64,000 nt of DNA from IMG/VR virus record IMGVR_UViG_3300036800_000031, positions 25,254-89,253 of that record, one strand, 5' to 3'. Shown here in pieces: positions 24,432-32,800 of the stretch. How positions within the stretch are numbered: the first letter of the stretch is position 1; each line of letters opens with the position of its first letter. Origin of the DNA: a virus. The notes under the pieces were generated by a model that saw only the letters and a list, made by a program, of their open reading frames with translations, was not told where the DNA came from and did no database searches. Both the position numbers and the translations under genes were made by a program.

Positions 24432-25033
24432 GGTTGGACTCCGACGATGACCTGGAAGCCGTAACCGTCCGGGTCACTGAGGGCGTGGTGGATCACCTGG
24501 AATCCGCCTTGTTCGATCAGCGCCCGGTAGCCGTCCAAATCCCAGGCCCAAGCGTGGCAGGCGTCGTGGCTCTCGTAAGTCTCAAAGGCCGGGCTGCTGG
24601 CGACGATGAACCGGGAGTGGCGACTGATCCGGCGCACGGCGGCGTGCGGGTCGGGCAGGTGCTCCAGGCACTCGGTGATAATGGTGAGCACGCCCCACTG
24701 AATCTCCTCGTGCTCGAAGTCCCGGTGGTGGACGGTGACCCCCCTCGTATTTTGAGCGTAAGCCACGTTGGCCGGGCTGAGGTCGTAACCCCACCTTTCG
24801 ACATCCAAGCCGCTTAGAAGGGACAGCAGGCCCCCGTCACCGGCCCCTAGATCACTAATGGTGGTGATGTCGGGGTAGTGGGCTACCAGGGAGTGAACTT
24901 CGACCGCGACGTCCTTCAAGCGGGTGACGTGCGCCCCTTGCTCCAGATGAGGAGCGTGCTCACGGGTGTCATACCAAGAGGGGATGAAGAAGTCCGGCGG
25001 GTCGGCCGGGTCGTACAGCTGGTGCTCGGTCAT
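24428..25033 (-). CDS. SAM-dependent methyltransferase
   Basis: DLGAGDG motif I, ECLEHLPDP. Confidence 0.88.
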   Translation of the reverse strand: MTEHQLYDPADPPDFFIPSWYDTREHAPHLEQGAHVTRLKDVAVEVHSLVAHYPDITTISDLGAGDGGLLSLLSGLDVERWGYDLSPANVAYAQNTRGVTVHHRDFEHEEIQWGVLTIITECLEHLPDPHAAVRRISRHSRFIVASSPAFETYESHDACHAWAWDLDGYRALIEQGGFQVIHHALSDPDGYGFQVIVGVQP

Positions 25034-25263
25034 GGTCCTGCGATCAGATCGGCGGAGACCATGAGTTCGTTCCCGCTCATGGGGTCGATCCGGTACTTCC
25101 AGGTGCCGTTGTCGGCGACGATGGTAATGACCCCGTTGACGACGCTGACCCCGCTCAGGGCGTCGTGGCTCATCAGCCCGATCAACTCCCGGCTGAAAAG
25201 CTCCCGCGGCCCGGCGTCGTGGACGAGGGTGGCCCCGGTGGGGTCCCGCTCAATGGTGATCAC
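25030..25263 (-). CDS. hypothetical protein
   Basis: GTG start overlapping the upstream TGA; 3' part of the listed 207-aa ORF. Confidence 0.55.
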   Translation of the reverse strand: MITIERDPTGATLVHDAGPRELFSRELIGLMSHDALSGVSVVNGVITIVADNGTWKYRIDPMSGNELMVSADLIAGP

Positions 25264-25952
25264 GACAGTTCTCGCAGCTTCTGGACGTCGAGCACCATCT
25301 GGCCGAGTTGGTACCGGTTCCAGGCTTCCAGGTCGTGGCTGTACATCTCGGGGCTGTTGACTTCTTCGTAGCGAGAATCCCAATCGCTCTTGCCGTTGGC
25401 GTGGGGGTGGAGGTGTTCGATCACCACTTCGGGGAGGTAGCGGAGCCGTTGGGTTTGCTCTCCCCAGGACTTCCAGGCGTTGTCGAGGTAGAGGTGAGTC
25501 TGCTCCGGCGGGCACATATAGCCGAGGGTCTGGATGATCCGGCTGTCCATGAACACTGCCGTCGGCAGGTTGATCCCTTGGAAAAGGTCGTTCCCGTAGA
25601 CGATGCCCGGTCCCTGAATCGACTCCAGCGCATCGCAGATCAGCCGGTCCCAACCTTCGGTACGGGGAAGGTGGTCATCCCCCATGAAACCGACGTAGGG
25701 GAAGCCGCTGGCCCAAACCAGGGCCTCTCGGTTGAGAGTAGGGCCGAGCCGGATGCGGGGGCCACAGCTGAGACCGACGAACCCGCCGCTCCCCATAATG
25801 GCGTCGATGTCATCCTCCAGGAAGGAGTCGTCGTCGTTGTCGAGAACGATCTCCAAACTGGCGGTGGCTCCGGTGGTTCCCCAAGAATCGCAAAGTCTCT
25901 TGACGTTCTCCGGGCGTCCACGGGAGGGGACGATGACGCAGAGGTCGTTCAC
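25260..25952 (-). CDS. glycosyltransferase family 2
   Basis: VIVPSRGRP, FMGDDH, HLY.DN.W, IEHLHP. Confidence 0.85.
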   Translation of the reverse strand: MNDLCVIVPSRGRPENVKRLCDSWGTTGATASLEIVLDNDDDSFLEDDIDAIMGSGGFVGLSCGPRIRLGPTLNREALVWASGFPYVGFMGDDHLPRTEGWDRLICDALESIQGPGIVYGNDLFQGINLPTAVFMDSRIIQTLGYMCPPEQTHLYLDNAWKSWGEQTQRLRYLPEVVIEHLHPHANGKSDWDSRYEEVNSPEMYSHDLEAWNRYQLGQMVLDVQKLRELS

Positions 25953-26200
25953 TGGTCCCTCACGATGCGGGGGTCGCCGTCGGGTTTGAAGATTTCCGGC
26001 CCTTGTTCCCCCACGATGTAGAGCTTGTCCTTCACTACTCCGCCAGTAGCAAGCTCACTGAACCCTTGGAACTCCAAAGCGGTCTTGTGCGCCGGGCAGA
26101 GCCAGACCGGCACCGTGAAGGTCCGACTCACCACCACGGTTCCACCTTCCCCACATCCGTCCACGGCGCAGGGGTTGAGGGGGTTATCTTCGTCCATCAC
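25949..26200 (-). CDS. hypothetical protein with tape-measure-like GEQGPE motif
   Basis: C..C...C..H N-terminus; ATGGVV...YIVGEQGPEIF. Confidence 0.55.
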   Translation of the reverse strand: MMDEDNPLNPCAVDGCGEGGTVVVSRTFTVPVWLCPAHKTALEFQGFSELATGGVVKDKLYIVGEQGPEIFKPDGDPRIVRDQ

Positions 26201-26225
26201 GGCTCTCTGTCTAGTTGATATGCGG

Positions 26226-26303
26226 TAGCGGGGGTGGGATTCGAACCCACGACCTCCGACCCGAAAGTGAGTCGGCGAGCTAACCGGGCTGCTCTACCCC
26301 GCG
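26226..26303 (-). tRNA. initiator-tRNA-like gene with aberrant anticodon arm
   Basis: CGCGGGG-TA-GAGC...GCTC fMet-type body, C1:U72 mismatch, canonical T arm; loop TCACTTTCGG (10 nt) lacks CAT. Confidence 0.65.
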
Positions 26304-27382
26304 CTGGAAGCCATTACGTGGAGCGAAGTTTGACGCCGGGTACCGGTCCACGCCTCCCACCATTCGTCGGCGTGGCGCTCGTAGGTCAACCCGGCCATGA
26401 CTTCTCGACCGCGCCCGGCCACGTCCGCCCGGAAGTCAGGATTCAGGGCCAGCGCCCGGAGCCACTTCTTCCACCGTTGAGGGTTGGACGCTTCCAGACC
26501 GACCCCGAGGGCATGGAGCCGGTGGTTGTCCCAAGTGGGCGAGGCAACGACCGGAACCCCGACAGCGGCCATCTCCCCCATTTTCAGGGCGCTCTTGGCA
26601 GCGTTGAAGGCGGTAGCCGCAAGGGGAACGACCCCGACTTCCATCTTCGCCAGTTCGGCCGGGTACTGGTCAAAAGGCACCCACCCCCGGCTCGTAGAAG
26701 GCTCCTCAGCCAGCCCCAGGGCCTCCCTAACGCCTTCGCCGGTCCCCACGGTATGGAAGCCCCACCCGGTAGCTCGCATGACGTCAGCGACCGTCCCGCC
26801 GGTTACTTGCAAATCGACCGGGTGGGTAGCGACGCTTCCAGCCCAACCGAATGTCTCCGGCCGGTCCCCGGTCACCTGGAGGTAGCTCTCGGGGACGTAG
26901 TTAGGCAGGAGTACCCCGTGACCGAACCCGTAGCGTTTGAGGAGGGCGGGGGTTGTGCAGGTCACAACGTCTGAAATCATGCAGGCTTCGTTGATCCAAT
27001 GGTGGCTACTGAGCGAGTCCCGGCCCGTGGCGTAGGCAGCTTTGGCGATGTTCCCGTCGTCAATCTGATCGAAGCGGTCATCCACGTCACAGACCACCTT
27101 GATCCCCCGTGCTTGGAGATGAGGGATCAAGTCACTCCACCACCGCCGACTCGGCCGTTGGACAACCACGACGTCGGCGTTCGGCCTCCGGGCCAACCCC
27201 ATCACGTTCACCCAGGGAGGAGGTTCTCCCCCGGACCACTTCTGGTCCCACTGAACGGTCGGGCCTATCCGGTCGATCACGACCTCAGCGCCTTGGGCGG
27301 CGAGGATGCGGGCCGGGAGTAGGAGTCGGTATTGGCTGGTGGCGTCGTTGTCGTCGCCAGCAGGCCAGACAAGAACCCTCAC
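26294..27382 (-). CDS. glycosyltransferase, GT-B (family 4-like)
   Basis: YRL..P, VVVQRP, DVDD, LPNYVP, GWAGS..H, GVVPL....FN.AKS.LK..E..A.GVP. Confidence 0.9.
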   Translation of the reverse strand: MRVLVWPAGDDNDATSQYRLLLPARILAAQGAEVVIDRIGPTVQWDQKWSGGEPPPWVNVMGLARRPNADVVVVQRPSRRWWSDLIPHLQARGIKVVCDVDDRFDQIDDGNIAKAAYATGRDSLSSHHWINEACMISDVVTCTTPALLKRYGFGHGVLLPNYVPESYLQVTGDRPETFGWAGSVATHPVDLQVTGGTVADVMRATGWGFHTVGTGEGVREALGLAEEPSTSRGWVPFDQYPAELAKMEVGVVPLAATAFNAAKSALKMGEMAAVGVPVVASPTWDNHRLHALGVGLEASNPQRWKKWLRALALNPDFRADVAGRGREVMAGLTYERHADEWWEAWTGTRRQTSLHVMASSAG

Positions 27383-27389
27383 CGGGTCA

Positions 27390-27617
27390 TCAGGAAGTCA
27401 CGATCAGGCACCAGTGACCCGGCAGCCGAAGGCAGACGCCGGTTCGCCAGGTCAGGTCTTCCCGCTCGACGTTGCACCCGGCCTTCTGGATTCGGCAGGT
27501 GATGTCCGGCTTGCGGATCAGGTTCAGGTGTCGGTACATCCACTTGCGACCGTACTGATTCCACAACTGCCGACACCGCAGCGGCAGGGGAATCTGCGGG
27601 TGCTTGCGGAGAGACAT
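27390..27617 (-). CDS. hypothetical Cys-rich protein
   Basis: ORF overlapping the protease stop by 1 nt. Confidence 0.45.
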   Translation of the reverse strand: MSLRKHPQIPLPLRCRQLWNQYGRKWMYRHLNLIRKPDITCRIQKAGCNVEREDLTWRTGVCLRLPGHWCLIVTS

Positions 27618-29335
27618 CAGGCGGCGGGGGACTGGCGACGGTTCAGCCGGGTGTCCAACTTCGCCAGCGCAGCGTCACGTTCAGCGGCCAGTTCTTCTTC
27701 CCGGTTGCCCGCTCCGGCGACTTTGAGCACATTCGGCGGAACCGGCTTCTTCATCTTGCCGTGGAGGCTCATCAGCTTCTTGGCTGCGGCCGTCTTGGCC
27801 TCGTCCGGAGCGTCCACCTGGTTGATCCGGCTGGAAGCGGCGGCGATGGCGTGGGTGTTGTAGGTGCCGTCAGGCTCCTTCACCGGAAGGTGGTGGGCGT
27901 CCTTGTTGTCGCCTTCACCCTTGATCAGCGCAGCTTCCTTCCACTGCTCCGGGGTGTAGTCGGCCTGGCTGAAGTCGCTCCAGGGCTTGTCGCTGAAGGT
28001 GGTGTCGCCACGGTTGCCGTCTTCGCCTTCATCCGGGTCATCCGGGTCGTCCACGCCCATTGCGTCGAGCAGGGCATCCACGCTGACCGAAGCCGCCTGA
28101 ACCAGCGCCAACGACTGCTGGACATCATCCGGCAGGGCCGCAATGTCCACGTCCCGGAGGTACTCCACCGCCGAGTCGAGGGCGGCGTCGGTAGCGGCGG
28201 CGAGGCTGGCGGCGACTGAGTTGTCGTTCCCGCCGGTATCCGTGCCGGTAGCGACGTGGGGAGCGATGGCGATGGCCGCTTCCCGCAGGATCAGGCCGAG
28301 AGCCGGGTGAGCCTGCTCGATCACCGACCGAACGTAGTCGGCGTCGATGTCGTCGGGGTCGTCCGGAAGCTCGAACTCAAACGGCTCGCTGCGTTGGCCC
28401 TTGCTGTGGACGGCCTTCGCGGCGGCGCTCTTGGCGCTGGCCGGGCTGTCGCTCTCGGTGGTGCCGTTGCCTACCGGCTCACCTTCGTCGTCGGTGACTG
28501 ACCAGGAGTGGCCGGTCACGGTGTCGCCGTCCTTCACGGGCTTCACCCTCATGGCTTCGCCGTTCGGGCCGGTAGCCGTGTGGGTGCCGCTGTCGAGGGC
28601 TGTCCACTCCACCGGGGCAGTGTCATCTTCGTCTGCACCTTCGGGAGCGGCGGCTCCATCGCCTGCGGAAGCGGTACGGACGCCCGGATCGGTGAGCACG
28701 ATCTTCTCCAGCAACTCGGGGTGATGCTCCTCGACCAAAGCCCGGAAGCCGTCGAAGGTGACCAGGCCGCTATCGCGAAGCTGGAGAATCTCTGCCATTT
28801 CCATGATGATGAGTCCTTGCTCTCGTAGCCCGACCGCCTTAGCGCCAGGGATCGAACCGATTGTGACTGGGGAGAACTCTGCCATGAAGGCGGAGGTGAT
28901 GCGTGACACGCCGCGAGTGCCGGTGGGCTGGAACTTGGCATTCTTGAAGCCGAAGCTGAAGTCGGTGATCGTCCCGTCTTGGATTTGGCTGAAGGCCCGC
29001 TTGGCATTCGGGACCGCATCCGGGTCGCTGAACTTGCCCCGGATCTCGTTCACCTTCGGGGTCACCTGGGCGGTGAGTGCCCGGCCGATGGGGTCGCGGA
29101 GGTCGTGCTGCCAGCACATGGTGGGGAGCCGCTGCTCAAAGCTCTCGGCGAAGGCCCGGTCCCCGAACATCGTCTTGTAGGAGTCCACGGTGTCGTGGGG
29201 GAACTCGACCAAGACCTGGTGGGTCTTGTCGTCTACGTCCTTGAAGTGACCCTGGAGCGAGTCGATTGAACGCAGTTCCAGACCGCCGATAACGGGGCCA
29301 CCGAGGTCTCCAGGGTTTGCTTCGCGTGTGTCCAC
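27617..29335 (-). CDS. HK97-family prohead protease with long acidic C-terminal extension
   Basis: DSY, CWQHD..DPIG, FSFGF, EFSPVT.G.IP.A motifs in the first ~175 aa. Confidence 0.9.
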   Translation of the reverse strand: MDTREANPGDLGGPVIGGLELRSIDSLQGHFKDVDDKTHQVLVEFPHDTVDSYKTMFGDRAFAESFEQRLPTMCWQHDLRDPIGRALTAQVTPKVNEIRGKFSDPDAVPNAKRAFSQIQDGTITDFSFGFKNAKFQPTGTRGVSRITSAFMAEFSPVTIGSIPGAKAVGLREQGLIIMEMAEILQLRDSGLVTFDGFRALVEEHHPELLEKIVLTDPGVRTASAGDGAAAPEGADEDDTAPVEWTALDSGTHTATGPNGEAMRVKPVKDGDTVTGHSWSVTDDEGEPVGNGTTESDSPASAKSAAAKAVHSKGQRSEPFEFELPDDPDDIDADYVRSVIEQAHPALGLILREAAIAIAPHVATGTDTGGNDNSVAASLAAATDAALDSAVEYLRDVDIAALPDDVQQSLALVQAASVSVDALLDAMGVDDPDDPDEGEDGNRGDTTFSDKPWSDFSQADYTPEQWKEAALIKGEGDNKDAHHLPVKEPDGTYNTHAIAAASSRINQVDAPDEAKTAAAKKLMSLHGKMKKPVPPNVLKVAGAGNREEELAAERDAALAKLDTRLNRRQSPAA

Positions 29336-29342
29336 GGGTGAC

Positions 29343-29377
29343 AGTTTGGCCCGAAACTCGTCGGAGGCGTGGGGATA
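29343..29377 (-). promoter_or_regulatory. putative late promoter TATCCC-N23-CAAACT
   Basis: Motif and spacing; GTG of protease 7 nt downstream. Confidence 0.55.
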
Positions 29378-29383
29378 CTGCGG

Positions 29384-29602
29384 TTAGAGGACGATGGCTT
29401 TGACCGACGGGTACGCAAACGGAGGTCGGTGGGAGTAGAGAACCAAGCGGAACTTCTCCGTCCAGGTCTCGTTGAGAACTTCGGTCTCGGGGTGCTTCCG
29501 GGTCTCGGTGATGGCCGAGAACTCCTCCGGGGTCATCCGCATGGGGATGTCTTCGGACTGGGCCTTCCAAGCCGCTTCTGCCAGTTCGTCCAGCGTCCTC
29601 AT
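29384..29602 (-). CDS. hypothetical protein
   Basis: Small ORF coupled to upstream gene. Confidence 0.55.
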   Translation of the reverse strand: MRTLDELAEAAWKAQSEDIPMRMTPEEFSAITETRKHPETEVLNETWTEKFRLVLYSHRPPFAYPSVKAIVL

Positions 29603-29805
29603 TGCTGGGGAGGGGAGGTGGAAGGCTTGACGTTCGGCCGGTCCGGAGCGTCTTCGTCCGGCTGGTGGAGGGCTTCTACGAGGTCAGGGTCTGGATGGAA
29701 GTCGTCGTCTGGCCCGAAGATCATCCACGGTGGCTTACCTTGCGCCGCCCGATCTGGCCTCTTGAACTTTGCCATTGCTTCCTCGTAGTCGGATTTATCG
29801 CTCAC
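29599..29805 (-). CDS. hypothetical acidic protein
   Basis: GTGA overlap with the polyprotein stop. Confidence 0.55.
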   Translation of the reverse strand: MSDKSDYEEAMAKFKRPDRAAQGKPPWMIFGPDDDFHPDPDLVEALHQPDEDAPDRPNVKPSTSPPQQ

Positions 29806-32800
29806 TTGGCAAAAGCCTCCAACTGCTTCAAGTATACGTGGGTGATAGCGCCGACCTTCTTGACGCTCTCGACTTGGAACTTACCGGCAGAAATCGTTTC
29901 CACTTCGCTGTCGTAGTTGACGACTCTCCCGACGTCCAACGACACGGTTCCAGCCGGAGCGTGAATCCAAAAATCGCGGGGCGGGTTGCTACCGGACCAG
30001 GCATTCGGGTCAGTAGACCAAGACGTCAACGGGATGTCAACCTTGTTGCCGACCGTCGTGAGGGAAGCGATAACCGAAGCGGGCATTCCACTCTTGTACA
30101 GCTTCCGCTGGAAGGCTTGCTTGTTCGGTTCTCCCTTTTCAATGTACATCTGAGCGATCTGTTTCGCCGCCTTCGCTGCCTGCCCGTTGCCAGGGTCATG
30201 TCCTTGGGCCATCTTGTCGAGCGCAGTGTTCATGGCGGAATGGCTATAGCGGTAGTTGGCCTTCCACATCCCCACCGACCCAAGCTCCGAGGAGGTGAAG
30301 GACAGCTGAGTGTCGCTCTGGTTGTTCTTGTACGGGTTCCCGCTCTGTACCGACGTATAGGCACCGTGACCGCTCTTGTCGGCGAGCACCCCTTGGTGGA
30401 TGATCGACTTAGAGGAGGCATTCGGGTGTTGGTCGGGGTTCTTCTTCAAGTCAACCGCGGCCTTACCGGCTCCCTGAGCCAGACCGGCAAGGTGAGCCTG
30501 GTCGATGATCCCGGATTCGTCACTGGGCTGGCCGAGGGCCGTCGCTTGGTCGAGATACCCCTGGGCGGCTCCGTTGATCTGTTCCGGCGTCTTCCCTTGG
30601 AGATGTGCCGCTATTGCTTGGTCATAACCCTGAGCGATGGCTTGGTTGTAGCCGACTTCGGAGGCTGTGGTGGCGTGAGCGGGCTTCGTCCCGTGGGGGA
30701 TCGTGTCGGGGACGGTCTTCGGGGTCTGTGTGTCCTTTACTTCAAACGGAGTTTTAGACGTGTAGAAGGAGTTGACCTTCTCGATGAACTCCTTCTCCTG
30801 GGCCTTCTTCGCTTCACTCTTGTGGGTCTTCGCCCATTCCTGCTGACTTGCCATCGCCCCGGCGAACTTGCCCTTGGCGATTGCAGCTTCTTCGGTCCCA
30901 GGCTGGGAATCCTTCTGAGCCTTGTCCAACTTTGCCATTTCGGTGTTATCAGGCGGCGCTGTCGTAGATGCAGATGAGTAGGCAGCGTCGTAGGCGTCGT
31001 TGTGGTAGCCGGGGTGCTGGTGGAAGGGTTCCCCGTTGCTGGCCGTGTCCCCGGTGAAGTGGATCGGTTGAGCCTTTGCCTTCAATGAAGAAGGCATCCC
31101 GCTGGTGGAGGGGGAATATCCCGGCCCGGCCGCTGCCTTCGCCGCGCTGGCCTGAGCGGACCCGGTAGAGAACTGGGCGTGCCCCGGCTTGATCTTCGTC
31201 ACCTTGGTGGTCGAAAGGCCAGGCTTGAAATCACTCTCTCCGGCGTTCGGGTTCCCGTTCTCCTTGACGTAGAAGTGAGTGCCCATCGAGTTTGTGGCGG
31301 TGATGGTGTGGCCGACGTTGCCGATCAGGATTTGGTCCCCGGCCTTCAAGTTCTTCGCCATCACCTGGCTCTTGGTCGGCCCCTTCGGCTTCGGAGTAGA
31401 TCGTCCACCGACAACCTTGGAAACCAGTAGGTTCGGATTGGTGCTGATGTGTTGGAACGGGCTTCCAATGGTCTTCCCGGTACTGTTCATCTTTTGGAGA
31501 GTGAAAGCCCCCGACGGGCTGACCGCCATCACCTTGTACTTAGTACCGCCCTTGGTCTTCCAGACGTCGCCGGGCTTCAAGTCCTTCTTCGCTACCTCGA
31601 CGGTGCCCGGTGACAGTGAAACCTGTGGTGATGCCTGTGGCGATGGAGTGCTGACCGACGCCTTCACCCCGCCCTTCTGGTTGGGACCGCCCAGCGGGCC
31701 TCCTGCGGCCTTGTGCTCGGCTGCTGCGGCTTTGATGCCGTGGTTCATGCCGGAAGACTGGGCGAAGCCGCTCATCTCCCCGGCCTTCTTCGACTTCTTC
31801 CCCTTGTTGTAGTGGCTGAACGCTGCCAACTGCATCTCGTGGACGGTGGAACCGTTCGCCGCCATCTGCTTGCCGAGGAGGTACCCCTGGTTGAAGCCTT
31901 CTTGGTAGTGGGGCTTGTTCTCGGCGGGGATTTCGGGAGGCAGAGACTTCGGGAAGGGGACAGCCGGAGCTTCGACCGGCTTCCCACCCGGACCTTCGTT
32001 TTTGACGGTGAAGCCTGGCCCGTAGTTGGAAACGGGCGGAGGGTTGCTGAACGAGTCGCTGACGTGACCCGGCTGGACGGTGGACTTGTAAACCGTCGCG
32101 GCCAAGAGATGAGCTTGGATGTCTGCCTGGCGGGAAGCCAGAGTGTTGAGAACTTCTTCCCGGTGAGCCTTCGGGATTCCGGCGTCCTGCATCTTCTGAT
32201 CGACGTTTTCCAAGTTGAGGTTCGCCGCTACCTGGAGACTGCCCTTCACCTGGAGCGGGTCCGGGTTCGATCCGTAGAGGAACTTCCCCTGGTCACTGGC
32301 GAGCAATGACTTGTCCTCTACTACTTCCTTGCCCCAACTGACCTTCACTGCGCCCATCGCCCGGAACTTGCCCGCTCCGCCGATGTCGATACGGACGACG
32401 TTGCCGTTCGCGTCCTTGAACACGTTGTCATTGGTCAGCCCGGCGACGTCGTGATTGGCCGTGAGGACGTCGATCCCGAACCCCTGGACGCCCTTTACCT
32501 TCTCCGTCGGGAGTCCCTGGAGGGGAGTCAGTCCTTCGATTTTCTTGCTGACCACGGAGAGTGAACCGTCGCCATTCGTCAAAATCGTGGTGTGGGGAAC
32601 CGTGATCCCGGCGGCTTCGTACACCTTGCCCATCGCCACTTCGTTGTAGGCGTGCTCGTTCGAGTTCGCGGGCTTCACGAGGTAGCTCGATCCGTCAGCC
32701 GCCTTGTACCACTGACCCCCGTTGCTCCCCAGCGGACCGCTGATCTTCTGCATAGTGGAGAGGTCGGCGGCGTTCTTCGGGGTGTGATCCATGCCGAGGG

